A stretch of 64,000 nucleotides of DNA, taken from Octopus bimaculoides. Lineage: Eukaryota. A program made the position numbers and the translations under genes. Positions within the stretch are counted from its first letter, which is position 1. Each line of letters starts with the position of its first letter. This document shows positions 1 to 13,089 of this stretch, in pieces. The notes beneath the pieces are model-generated. The model was not told the DNA's origin. It did not search any database and saw nothing but the letters and a program-made list of their open reading frames with translations. Location of the stretch: positions 48,221,062 through 48,285,061 of the forward strand of contig NC_068988.1 in NCBI RefSeq assembly GCF_001194135.2, in the 5' to 3' direction.

Positions 1-1545
1 ATATCTCCGAGATACATAAGTACGCACGTACAAACAAACAAACAAACAAACAAACAAAAATACATACACACATACTGGTACTCTAGTAGTGATAAAGCTG
101 TCTTTTGATAGACTACATAATGTAATGTGTATCTAATATTTTAACACAGCAGATTGTGTCTCTGAGTAATGTTGTTCGATTTTTGTTGCTCACTTTTCTG
201 TGTTACCTGCTAATAGCGGTGTCTAGTTGAGCTTGTTATTAGAAAGATGTAAAGAAATTCTTTAAAGTACACTTTTGTCATACAGCATATTACCTTACTA
301 CTGTGTTTTTAGTTGATTTGTTTTTGTATTTTTGTAATTTATTATCTTTTACTAGTATGTTATAACGCTGACAGTAACATGTTAGTTTTCTTGAGACTAT
401 ATTTGTTTATGTTCCTCATTTCAGTATTAACTATTACATTTATTTGAATAACTGATAAACTTTGTGTCAAAATATGGTATTTTTCTGCCAAAGATCACTC
501 TTTTGGCACATTCATTACAAATGTTGGCAGGCTCAGTGACAGAACATTTAATTGCTTTATTGTTTTCGTCTTTCTCTCTTAATAACCAAATACGGTTCAA
601 GAGAGCTATATTCTTAGGAAGAATCTGTCTGCTATGTATTACAAAATTTAGACATGTTTTCTGTGAATTATGCGTAAATTTTGTTATCATCACTTGCTTT
701 ATCAAAATATGCCAAAGAAGCCCCCATTTTTATACTTCCCTTTACCTATTCATTTTTTCAAGTCTATACGAATAAATGGGAATTCTGATTAGCTTATTAA
801 AATATTGCTTTTTTTCTGTATCATGTTCCACACTTTGTACTTGTTTTCAATATAATTGGATGATAAGTAAATAAAACAGGCGGCTAATTTATATTTTCAT
901 CGCTTTTTATCTCTGAACACTGGAAGCAAGCAAATCAAAAGGATCTCAATTGTGATTATATCATATTTTCGTTTCTAACTACACCATACAGTGTACCAAA
1001 TTTAAATATAAGTTACCGTTTGAGAAAACATTTTCTTATTTCTAGCAGATTATGCATTAGAGAAATATATTAATTTATTAGGCTCACTGAAAACTTTACT
1101 TCCTTGTGGCTGGAAATATTTTGAAGAGCATAACTAATACCACGCTCTTTAACGAGGCTGCATAGCAGTTGTCAAGAATAAGATATTGATTGAGTAGACC
1201 CACATGCCACATTTTCTGATTCTCAGAAGGTTGTGTATACTTTTCCTAATTGTTGTACGCTGCTTCGAATTTGTCAAATATAGGGTTTTATCCAGTATTC
1301 TAATTAATTTCATACAAAAGTTATTTAATTTAAAACCTGCAGTAGAATACACTCTGTCAATGCGCTACGTACTGGGATTGAACTTAGAAAGACTTGATTG
1401 CAATGTGGGTCTCCTAAACACATGGTTATACTTGCGCCTATATATGTGACACCTATATCTATATTTATATCTATATTTATCTATCTATATATATATACAC
1501 ACACACATTGATACATACAAACATGCATACATAAACATATACATA

Positions 1546-1597
<52 letters not shown>

Positions 1598-2178
1598 TAT
1601 ATATGCATACACACATATATATACATATAAATATGTATGTGAATATATATGTATATATGCATATACACGCACAACACTTCTTAATTCCTCTGGTGACAAA
1701 ATATGTGCAATATAATATCGAATCAAGAGAGAAAAAAGATGAAAGTTGAAATGTTGTGCTAGGCAAATGCCAAAGCAAGTTGAAATCTGATAAAAAATGC
1801 AGAAGTTATTGGAACATCAACATGATAACATGATTTTTATTACAAAAAATAAAAGCAGCATGATTAAATAATGTTAAAACATGGTTTAATAGAAGTAAAA
1901 AATATAGAAATTTGAAAACTGTGATGTTATAGCTTCACCAAAATATTTCAAAATCAATGGAAACTAACACGTAAAAAATTTTGACAATTATTAGGATGGT
2001 CCTGATTGGACAAGTTGTGACATGCACGCAAGACCAATTTTGTAAAAGTATTTTAAAATTGCTAGAAAACAAAGAAGATATTGAAGCAGAAGAGATTTCT
2101 AATATATCAAGCTCAATGAGATCTGTGTACAGAAGGTGTGTGTACATGACTGATTCAAAGTTTATAACAGAATATGGA

Positions 2179-2222
<44 letters not shown>

Positions 2223-2605
2223 ATGAAAGAAAGAAGGAAGAGAAGAAAGAAAGGAGATTAGGAAATGTCATGCTATAAGTTCCCCGTAATCACCTGCTAA
2301 TGCTCTTCGTATGAATACCTGAAAATATGCTATTAGTATGAGTAAGATGAATAAGTGATATAGTTTCTTGTTCCACTTTATACACTTTTATATAATTCAT
2401 GATGCTAATTTCTAATGAAATGGAATGGCTAACACAACGCTTATTCCTGTCATCTGGGACAAAATAATTGAACATGCTTGAAAGCATACAAATCAGTAGT
2501 TAAAAAAAGCTACATTTGACGGGGTCTCATATTTCTTGGCTGATAAATTAGTTCAGATATACAAACATATATTCATACATACATACATAGGTATACGCAC
2601 GCACG

Positions 2606-2643
<38 letters not shown>

Positions 2644-3376
2644 TACATACATACATACATACATACATACATACATAATACATGAATACTGATAGACAGA
2701 CATCGTACATAGATACACACAGATATATATGCATTTAATTAATTACGCAAATAATTTTGCTCACAATCAAGTGCAAAAATGTTCAATGCTAGTAGTGGGG
2801 CTCATAAATATTTTGAATGCGCATTAGGGTTTATCAAAAAAAAAAAGTCAATAGTTTTCTTCAGCAAATGTTCTTGTCTTTTGAATCTATATTTCTCAAA
2901 AAGTTTAATGTTTTATCATTCGATGATTTATATTAAGGAGAGAGATGGGGAGTGGAGGAGAGATGGGGAGGTGGAGGTGGTGGTAAGTAAAATGCGCAAT
3001 TTTTTTTTAGCTAAGATTTTTTCCTCCGTTACTTAGCCAGTCTGTAACGCTTTCACGCAATTAGTTGAAAGGAACGGCGAAGGGCGAAAGAAAAAGGAGA
3101 GAGAGAGAGAGAAAAAGAGAGTAAGGTGAAGAGTGAGAGAGAAAGAGGGAGAGAGATGTGGTATTAAGTCTATAAAATTATGCATAAGGTATATAAATTG
3201 TATAGTTAAAGTACATTAAGTAATCATCATATTCAAAATTCCTTCATTTTTCAATGGTAAGCAGATGATGCAGTTACAATAAAGGCTGCACTTTCAGGTT
3301 TTTGGGATAAAGTTTTCAGAACTAATCCAAAAAATTTACCATTAATTCCTTGAAATATTCACGGGTCCTGCTGCTG

Positions 3377-3410
<34 letters not shown>

Positions 3411-3454
3411 ACTACTACTACTACTAGTAGTAGTAGTAGTAGTAGTAGTAGTAG
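3377..3454. repeat. (CTA)n-(TAG)n self-complementary microsatellite
   Basis: CTA run switches to TAG run at ctag, 3424-3427. Confidence 0.9.
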
Positions 3455-3622
3455 CTACAGTAGCAGTTCATCGCGAGGGAAATTTACTGACAAAATATAT
3501 CGATAGTGTGTCACCAATTAGAGTTAGAAACTATTTTATTGAAGACAAAAACTATGAATTGATTTCCCTGCGGTGAATTGATGACTGTGAACGTACCGGA
3601 CGTGCCATAAAAGTAATATCAG

Positions 3623-3859
3623 TTTCATATTTCTTTACTGCCCACAAGGGGCTACACATGGAGGGGACAAACAAGGACAGACAAACGGATTAAGTCGATT
3701 ATATCGACCACAGTGCGTAACTGGTACTTATGTAATCGACCCCGAAAGGATGAAAGCAAAGTCGACCTCAGCGGAATTTGAACTCAGAATGTAGTGGCAG
3801 ACGAAATACCGCTAAGTATTTCGCCCGGCGTGCTAACGTTTCTACCAGTTCGCCGCCTT
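3623..3859 (-). mobile_element. SINE family A copy (tail type 1)
   Basis: Reverse complement of GGCGGCGAACTGGTAGAAACGTTAGCACGCC...TTCTGAGTTCAAATTCCGC..GAGGTCGACTTTGC..TTTCATCCTTTCGGGGTCGAT, a motif that recurs many times in the window. Confidence 0.9.
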
Positions 3860-3994
3860 TGTAGTACCCAGAAAGGAAAGAGGTAGAAGATTGCCAAATG
3901 CAGAATACAACCTCAGTACTGCCATACTTAGTTTGAAATTTTTTTATAATAATAACAATAATGACAATAACTATTACATGATAAATTAGCTAAG

Positions 3995-4720
3995 AGAATG
4001 CCGTCGAGGTTTAGTGACACGTCTCCTCAAAGTCTCGAGGAACTTTCTGAAGATTTTTGTAGAATGATTTCACTTTTCTGCAATGCAGTATTCAATTCCA
4101 ATATTCTTCAACCTCTTTCGCAACCGTTTGAGTGTTACGGAGGTGCACCAATCACCACAGAAATAACTACCACCTTAGTCTTCCACATTCTCTTTTTCTC
4201 TCTGGCTAGGTTCTGATAATTCTCAGTTATCTCAATTCCTTTGATAAACGCTCTATTTTCACATGATATTGCGACATCTATGACCTTACTATTTTGTTTT
4301 GCTTTCTACAATCGCATCTGGTCTTTTAGCTTCAATAGTCTTTTCAGTATTTATGGAGAAATCCGATAAAGTCCTATAAATACTATTCTACATCACCGCC
4401 TCTGGCTCGTGCTCAAACAGCTTTCCTATTAATTTGAATCTACACACTCTGCTAACATTCCAATGCACTCTTTTACAGACACAATCACACCTGCGCTTAT
4501 ACTCTTTTTCAGCTAGCTTGCTGCATTTATTGAATGGATGGTTAACACTTTCGTCTTCTTTCCATAAAAAATATACATCCGCTCTCATAACTAGCGTTCT
4601 TTACTTCCAACATTCGTGGATTGTTGCACGAAATAACTATGTAATTCCTCTCTTTTCTAAGGTACTTGTTCCATCGCTCTTTTCATTCTTGAATTGTCCA
4701 ATTGTTACCGTGATTTGGAA
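3995..4720 (-). mobile_element. R4/Dong-like (R2 superfamily) non-LTR retrotransposon 3' relic: Zn knuckle plus restriction-like endonuclease, with frameshifts and stops
   Basis: Minus-strand peptides: ESVNHPFNKCSKLAEKEYKRRCDCVCKRVHW (knuckle and KRRH..V.K.IHW-like motif), SDFSINTEKTIEAKRPD, and VIDVAISCENRAFIKGIEITENYQNLAREKKRMWKTKVVVISVVIGA. These match the RPD / IDVA / KY..L / VIGALG motifs of RLE domains. Confidence 0.85.
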
Positions 4721-4826
4721 ATTTTTAGCCATTCATTGTGCAATAAAAATATTCAAACTAAGTATGGCAGTACTGATGTATTCTGCATATGGCAATCTTC
4801 TACCTCTTTCTTTTCTGGGTACTACA

Positions 4827-5065
4827 AAGGCGGCGAACTGGTAGAAACGTTAGCACGCGGGGCGAAATATTTAGCGGTATTTCGTCTGCCGCTACGTTCT
4901 GAGTTCAAATTCCGCCGAGGTCGACTTTGCCTTTCAACCTTTCGGGGCCGATTACATAAGTACTAGTTACGCATTGGGGTCGATACAATCGACTTAATCC
5001 TTTTGTCTGTCCTTGTTTGTCCCCTCCATGTGTAGCCCCTTGTGGGCACTAAAGAAATAAGAAAC
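4827..5065 (+). mobile_element. SINE family A copy (tail type 1); mirror of 3623-3859
   Basis: Full head-body-tail ending ccccttgtgggcactaaagaaataagaaac. Confidence 0.9.
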
Positions 5066-5577
5066 TGATATTACTTTTATGGTATGTCCGGTAAGTTCAC
5101 AGTCATCAATTCACCGCAGGGAAATCAATTCATAGTTTTTGTCTTCAATAAAATAGTTTCTAACTATAAATGGTGACACACTGTCGATATATTTCGTCAG
5201 TAAACTTCCCTCACGATGAACTGCTGCTGCTCCTGCTACTAATGCTGCTGCTGCTACCACTGCTGCTGCTTCTTCTCCTGCTGCCGCTACTACTACTATT
5301 ATCATCTCTCTGAGAACGACATGTATATATGTGTGTGTGAGTATGTGTAGCAACATATATATGTCTGTGTATGTGTGTTTGTTTGTGTGAATATAATATG
5401 ATATTACTAACGGTAATAACATTAACAACAGCAATAGCAATAATAAATTTTGATTTAAGAACAAGCCCGAGATTTTGAGAGCAGCTGTTAGTAATACCAT
5501 TGACCTCAGTATATGGCCGCTAGCATCTTTCATTGACACTGGATGGCAGAAAGACAAAGTAGAACACGATGACGTTA

Positions 5578-5582
5578 GTAGC

Positions 5583-5656
<74 letters not shown>

Positions 5657-5780
5657 AAGTAGTAGTAGTTATACTATATTTCCAATAACTCTATTTGCAT
5701 TGTGTGATTTTGCCCTAGATTGTAAGATAAATGTTTTAACCTAATTATATTTATCTATCGATCTATCACTTTCTTTTACC

Positions 5781-5876
<96 letters not shown>
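5578..5876. repeat. (TAG)n (5578-5669) and (CA)n (5783-5876) microsatellites
   Basis: Directly visible. Confidence 0.95.
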
Positions 5877-5878
<2 letters not shown>

Positions 5879-5907
5879 TTACAAACACACACATATATAT
5901 GTATGTA

Positions 5908-5939
<32 letters not shown>

Positions 5940-6739
5940 CGTATATATATACATTATATATACATACATATATATGCATATATGAATATATACATGTATA
6001 TATATATTTACATGTGTGTGTGTGTGTGTATGTATGTATGCATATGATATTATATCAGCAAAAATGTATGAATCATGTATGGAATGGAAGTTATTTCCGT
6101 ATTGAGCTGTATCCGTTGAAGCATGTTCAATGATTTTTGTCCCCAGATGATAGGAATATGTTTTTGTATTAGCCAGGTCATTTATTTAGACATCAGCAAG
6201 ATAAATTATGTAAAACTGTATAAACTAGAACAATAATCTATGTCACTTGCCCAGTTTGCTAATAACGTATTTGCAGCAATACAGTTTATACATATATACA
6301 TATTAGAGGCATGACCAAATGATTATGGCAACTTCTATTTAAGTATATGAGCTCTGTTTTCGAGGTGTTTCACGTGTTATTGGCGCCATTTCTGTCCTCT
6401 GTGTGTGTGTGTGTGTATCTTAATTTTCGGATCTATCATGTTCCTGTATACATAACTCTCAATCAGTTTTATATATTGCAAATCTCTTCAGCTTCAGGCC
6501 TTATATTTTCGTCTTCTAGTATTTCCAAAATACTTTTAGAGTACGCGTCTGTAGAATGGTCAACCAACTGCACCTTTATTCAGGAGCAGTACATTTAGTT
6601 GATCGGAAAACAACGCTCTGTCAGTCTGTCTGTCTGTCTGTCTGTCTTTCACACACACTCTCTCTCTCACTCACTCTCTCTCTCTCTGTCTTTCACACAC
6701 ACACGCACGCACGCACGCACGCACGCACATATATATTCC

Positions 6740-6964
6740 ACCTGATGAAGCGCCTACATATAGCATTTTGTTCGTCTTTACGGCATTTTGTCCGTCTTTA
6801 CGGCATTTTGTCCGTGTTTACATTCTGAATTCAAATTCCGCCAAGGTCGACTTTGCCTTTCATTATTTCGGGATCGATAAACTAAATATCAGTGAAACAC
6901 TGGGGTCGATGTAATCGGCTAGTCTCCTCCCAAAATTTCAGGCCTTGTGCCTTTAATAGAAAGG
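6740..6964 (+). mobile_element. SINE family A copy (tail type 2) with an internal 20-bp triplication
   Basis: ttcaaattccgccaaggtcgactttgcctttc...ctggggtcgatgtaatc...aatttcaggccttgtgcctttaatagaaagg; three units of ggcattttgtccgtctttac at 6762-6821. Confidence 0.85.
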
Positions 6965-7114
6965 TTTCTTCTTCTTCTTCTTCTTCTTCTTCTTCTTCTT
7001 CTTCTTCTTCTTCTTCTTTTTCTTCTTCTCCTCCTCCTCCTTCTTCTTCTTCTTCTTCTTCTTCTTCTTCTTCTTCTTCTTCTTCTTCTTCTTCTTCTTC
7101 TTCTTCTTCTTCTT

Positions 7115-7145
<31 letters not shown>

Positions 7146-7175
7146 TTATTATTATTATTATTATTATTTTTATTA
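6965..7175. repeat. (TTC)n/(TTA)n microsatellite attached to the SINE tail
   Basis: Directly visible. Confidence 0.95.
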
Positions 7176-7180
7176 TTTTT

Positions 7181-7262
7181 GCCGAGGTCGACTTTATCTG
7201 TTATCTTTCCGCGGACGATAAAATAAGTACCAGTTGAACATTGGGGTCGATGTTATTGACTC
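7181..7262 (+). mobile_element. SINE family A internal fragment
   Basis: gccgaggtcgacttt...gataaaataagtaccagttgaacattggggtcgatg. Confidence 0.75.
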
Positions 7263-8189
7263 AAATAACTGTGCTTGAGGAGAAATTTGAAACTATCATC
7301 ATCATCATCATCATCATCGTCATCATTATAGAAGTGACTCTAAAATGTGAGTTATAGCTTTGACATATTATACTTATCATGTTGATTTTTTTTTTATGCC
7401 TTCGTTATTTTTTCATATATACATATATTTTCTTAGAATGATGTTAACATTTGTTTATATATTTTACTTGATGCTTTTATTTATCATATTTTTTGCTGCC
7501 TTTGTTGTTTACTTAAAAATGTTTGTGAAATGAAAATAGATTCACACTCGAATGTGAAAGACTAGCAGATTTACACAAATTTAATCTAACAAACATCAAT
7601 CATTAGATCACATTTAAAAGAACCAAATTTCTCGCGCAATCTATATAAATTTTACAACATAAATTTTATGTATATTTTCCCATTTTATGTAACGTTTTCT
7701 TTTATGAATTTCGATCTTAATTCTGTTCTGGCTTTGTTCATTTATTATATATAATTATTTAGACGTATTAATATATTTTAGTATTCTTTTTTTTGTTTGT
7801 TTGTTTAAATATATTTGAAATGAAAATTGTTTAAATAAAATTTTAAATGTTAAATAATAAAAACACTTTATTTTTTGGTCAAATGTTTGAAAATAGAAGT
7901 ATGTTAGACAAAAATGATAAAAATATTGAAAACTTGAAATGCAATTTTTGTAGACGAATTTTAGAATTTATTGTAAAAGTTCGCATTTGTTTTCTTATTT
8001 TGTTATTATTTTTTTCAATATCCTTCTGTGTTGGAAATATAACATCTGTGGAATCTTTAAATTTCTTACTTCATGTCTAAGCCAGCGTGTTGCTTATTCT
8101 TCTGCACCAGACATTCATACACACAGATGTATTTGTGAGTATATAGCTTATAACTTACACAGACGCATATGCAGCGATGCACATATACG

Positions 8190-8221
<32 letters not shown>

Positions 8222-8285
8222 CATATATATTTGTATATATANNNNNNNNNNNNNNNNNNNNNNNNNNNNNNNNNNNNNNNNNNNN

Positions 8286-8336
<51 letters not shown>

Positions 8337-8841
8337 CAGACATACACACACATAGGTATACATGTATATGTAGCCTATAGACAGAAGTACAAATACATTC
8401 GTGTATAAATAAATATCTGATGCTGAAGAATATGTATGTATATATACATATATATGTACACACACACACACACGCACACATACGCACACACACACACACA
8501 TACATATATACATACATACATATACATATATACATGCATACACCGACATATATTATTTTTAGGTATGTGTATATAGAGACGGTGAAAGGAAAATAAGAGA
8601 AAGATATGTATTTAAGCGTCTATATATTGGTATTTCATATATGGCGTACAACGCAGACTAAAAGGTCAGTTGAAAGCATTGTGCATAAAAAAAGAACGAC
8701 GTAGGAATTCAACATGTGCAAAACAGCAATATTGAAAACCTTTCCACACAATGCGAAAAAACGTAGAAGCAGAAAGAACTAATAATGTTAAAGATGATTA
8801 TACATATGCACATATACATTTGTGTGTGTGCGTATGTGAGT

Positions 8842-8875
<34 letters not shown>

Positions 8876-10021
8876 TACATGTATGTTTATATATGTATCT
8901 ATATATATATTTATATATAATATAAGTGAACACACGCACATACGCATAAAAAACTTTCGCAAAAATTTTCAGCATAACAAGTTATCAAATAATCTGCAGG
9001 TTTGGTTAAAGAGCATTATTTTGACGGGGTCTAATAGACAGAAATGTGTTCGCAAACGGAGATGTGACTGTCCGTACCTTAGAGATGCAATATTACTTCT
9101 CAATTTATTGAAATTATGCCTCTTGCTATGGTCGTTGCCAGCAATCAACTGTAGGAGGTCGTTTTCTTTCGACAAGATCGACGGCAATGTCTTGTAATGC
9201 TGGGATTTACATTGTATTGGGCATAAATAGATAGTTGAGCTGTTAAAATATGCGAATACGCAAATTCGACTATCCGCCATATTGCTAGTCTAATTGATGA
9301 CAACTTTATATACCATCTGACCTATGTTATTGGCAAAAGAAGCATTTTGGGTACGAATTCACAGAAAAGTGGTCATCTATTCGTCAAACTTTCCGTCGGG
9401 GGAATTCTACTCTGATATTTTGTTTTTCAAATATTAAGCGTAGAGAAATAATACGTTTACGTTCTTACTTAACAACAGTGAAGCATTATAATAACTAAAT
9501 AAATTTCTGCCATCCTCATGTACGCTAAACTGTACATGCATGCATATCTACATTGTGATTGCTTCATCTTTACAAATGAATGTCGTCTCCTTGTGCTTCG
9601 TTGGGAGAACATTTCTGACTTTCCGCCCATGACGTCTCAGATGACTATTCAGTCTCGCTGCACGTCTACGCGTATGCGTATAACTCACGCAAGCGATTGC
9701 TTATTATTATCACAGCCTTAACATTGGAGCAGTTTTTTATTGCGATGTGATCCTGTTACTCGATGATCAGAACTTTTATTTCTGCGTCAACCAGAATTTC
9801 CTTTGTCACAATCGCCAATTATTGGAAAGTAGTCGATAGCTGACAAAGTTTGAAATACAATTTATGGAGGGTGGTTTAATTTTTTTTTTTTTTACCAGTT
9901 TCAAGAGTTGTTTACTTAACATTCGTAAAAATTGGAACAGAGCAACAGAATTCAACACATCATGACAACTCGAATTCTGAGACTAACATACATGTTTACG
10001 TCATATAACGTAAACTGGGAG

Positions 10022-10075
<54 letters not shown>

Positions 10076-10753
10076 ACTTACGCATTCCTACTGTTACGTA
10101 CTTACACTCCTGAATACATACCAAAATGTAACTTTCATTTTGTGACTTAAGGCATTTTATTGATTGTCAATAAGTAATAAATTTATGTGAAGTTTCTTAA
10201 TCAAGAATATATTAAACTATTAAACTGTGCAGTATCCATTTTTAGACTACTATATTCTTCGTACTCCCGTTACTCATGCGTTTTGCAAAATGCACTACGT
10301 GAATAAATTATCATACATTTACTGTTAATCATATTTTTGTAAATAGCACACCACAGATAGAATGCTGCTTTCTTGTTATCGCTAACTATGTTATGCTAAT
10401 TGTTTCCGTAATTTTACTGTAAACATCTCTCCATTCATTATAATCTAGTTACCCATATTAATATTACTAAATCATTTTGGTACTGGAGCTATGCTTCTTA
10501 ACACCTCCACTTGCTATATTTTATTTAATCCGTTTGCATAAATACCGCTAATACTTACTACTAATTAAGCTAATATTCTTTTCACTTTATACATATTTAA
10601 ATTTAATTAGTAAATATTTATTGGCTCACTAAAGTATACAGAGACTTGTACGCCTACTAACACACACGCACTCACCTACACATGCGTACAAAAAAAATTT
10701 TCAAAAGCTAACTTCAGAATATATATGTATGTACGAGGAGATGTAAATGTATG

Positions 10754-10947
10754 TATGAGGGAATGTTGAACAGTTCCCAGTTTTAAGGGTATCACGAAAA
10801 TCTTGGTTGGAGGTCTAACCTTTTTAAGTTCTTTCACATGGCTTAGAAAAACTGAAGGTTCGCTGCAATGAATGCTTGAAACTGAGAAAGGAAAATGTTG
10901 AGTAAAATCATAATTAACTTGTACTCCTGTATTTTCTTTTACCCAAA
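10754..10947 (+). mobile_element. Mariner-derived MITE, 3' TIR lost
   Basis: Homologous to 25637-25840. Begins tatgagggaatgttgaacagttccc and carries a transposase C-terminus-like remnant (LEKLKVRCNECLKLRKENVE). Confidence 0.7.
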
Positions 10948-11230
10948 TCGATGTAATCGATTTAATCCCTTTGTTTGTCCTTGTTTGTCCTCTCTGTGTT
11001 TAGCCCCTTGTGGGCAATAAGGAAATAAGAAACGTTAGCACGCCGGCGAAATGCTTAGCCGTATTTCGTCTGCCTTTACATTTTGAGTTAAAATTCGGTC
11101 GAGGTCGACTTTGCCGTTCATCCTTTCAGGGTCGATAAATGAAGTACCAGTTGCGTACTGCAGTTGATCTAATCGACTGGCCCCTTCCCCTCCCCAAATT
11201 TCGGGTCTTGTGCCTAGAGTAGAAAAGAAT
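10948..11230 (+). mobile_element. Tandem SINE family A: a type-1 tail fragment joined directly to a second copy with a type-2 tail
   Basis: ...ccccttgtgggcaataaggaaataagaaac|gttagcacgccggcgaaatgc...gtcttgtgcctagagtagaaaagaatatt. Confidence 0.85.
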
Positions 11231-11358
11231 ATTGCAACTGTGACACTCTCGACTCTCATGATTATACGGTACAACACTACTTAATTTGTTCTTCGCTTAT
11301 GATAGCAGAATGTAAAGAGAGATTTCGCTGCTATTTCTTGCAGATGAAGAGGTACAAG

Positions 11359-11408
<50 letters not shown>

Positions 11409-11549
11409 NNNNNNNNNNNNNNNNNNNNNNNNNNNNNNNNNNNNNNNNNNNNNNNNNNNNNNNNNNNNNNNNNNNNNNNNNNNNNNNNNNNNNNNNNNNN
11501 NNNNNNNNNNNNNNNNNNNNNNNNNNNNNNNNNNNNNNNNNNNNNNNNN

Positions 11550-11611
<62 letters not shown>

Positions 11612-11967
11612 CTCCAATGAGTTACATGAAGGTATCTTACTGTTTAAGCAGACGCGTATTACAAAAGATGACCGGGTTTTCACACTTCAGTAACAACAGA
11701 AAAATCACTATTTGTAGACAGGAAATAATTTACCCAGGAACTGATTTTGTTTAAAAGCTTGACTTCCAGAAGCATACGTACTAAATATCGTGTTGTTTTT
11801 TTTCACACACAATCACACGCTATCACAAATATGTACTTATTTACATATATATTTATATACATTATCTGATAAATATATGTTTCTACTTATTTCTATATAT
11901 TCATATAACAATATATATTCAATACATATGCGCACGTGTGTGTATGAATGTATCTCTCTATCTCTCT

Positions 11968-12015
<48 letters not shown>

Positions 12016-12046
12016 CTTAGTACATATACGTACATTATTCGATAAA

Positions 12047-12093
<47 letters not shown>

Positions 12094-12617
12094 CTAATCA
12101 CGTATACTTATGTGTATGTGGTATATACTGCACACTGAAGCGCACACAAACACATACACACATATACACAGCGCATATTATTTATACATAAATATACGCG
12201 ATTATGTGTATACAAATGTACAAATATATATGTATATTATGATCTGTGTATATATGCATTTTTATAACTGTGTAAAATATCATACGTGTATATATGCGTA
12301 TATACAGTTATGTAATAACATGTGTACATAAATATGCATAATTATACATATGTGCGCCTATGTAAGAATGCACACGCAATTATATAACTATATATATGTA
12401 CCCAGACACAATCTTATATACACCTACACACACGCACACACACGCGCACACACGCGCACACGCATATATATGTATGTCAGAGCAAATGAAAATTTTTTGA
12501 TGTTTGTGTCGGCCTTTTGTTGCTGGGTAATAAACAAGAATTAAAACATATTGCTGAACATAAGGTCATGAGGTAACTTTAAAAAAAAAATCAATGAGAA
12601 ACGCAGACAGTAACATT

Positions 12618-12694
12618 AATGATGATGATAATGATGATGATGACGACGATGACGTCGACGATGATGCTGACGACGATGACCATGATGATGATGG

Positions 12695-12725
<31 letters not shown>

Positions 12726-12918
12726 GGTGAAGATGATGATGATGATGATGATGATGATGATATGAACAACAATAACATTAAATATCAATGCAATAAAAAA
12801 ATATGTGCTTGGTTATTCAGTTAGACCCATGCAGTAATAATAAGACAACTGACATAATATTAACTGTAACAAAAGAGCCACTACTGCTGCTGCTACTACT
12901 ACAACAACAACAACAACA

Positions 12919-12974
<56 letters not shown>

Positions 12975-13034
12975 CTATTGTAGCTGTAGGACTTTTTAAT
13001 AAATATAATACTGCTTCTACTGTGATGATGAGGG

Positions 13035-13089
<55 letters not shown>

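Larger units (their letters stand above)
1990..6600. repeat. Large degenerate inverted duplication (palindrome); arms ~1990-3945 and ~4742-6600
   Basis: Reverse-complement matches at symmetric positions: 3462-3945 vs 4742-5226 (near-identical), 2700-2790 vs 5670-5760, 2340-2580 vs 6040-6260 and 1990-2140 vs 6430-6600 (diverged). Coordinate sums stay at about 8450-8690. Confidence 0.85.

Noticed and set aside
427-1449. Overlapping 67-103 aa ORFs on both strands
   Set aside because: AT-rich, no recognisable domain, and no consistent chain of splice sites.
1935-2487. Exon-like ORFs on both strands with apparent peptide similarity to 6120-6600
   Set aside because: The similarity is explained by the inverted duplication. 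In a 29-codon comparison the substitutions were spread over codon positions (about 8/4/9), and the partner copy has a stop and frameshifts, so there is no coding signal.
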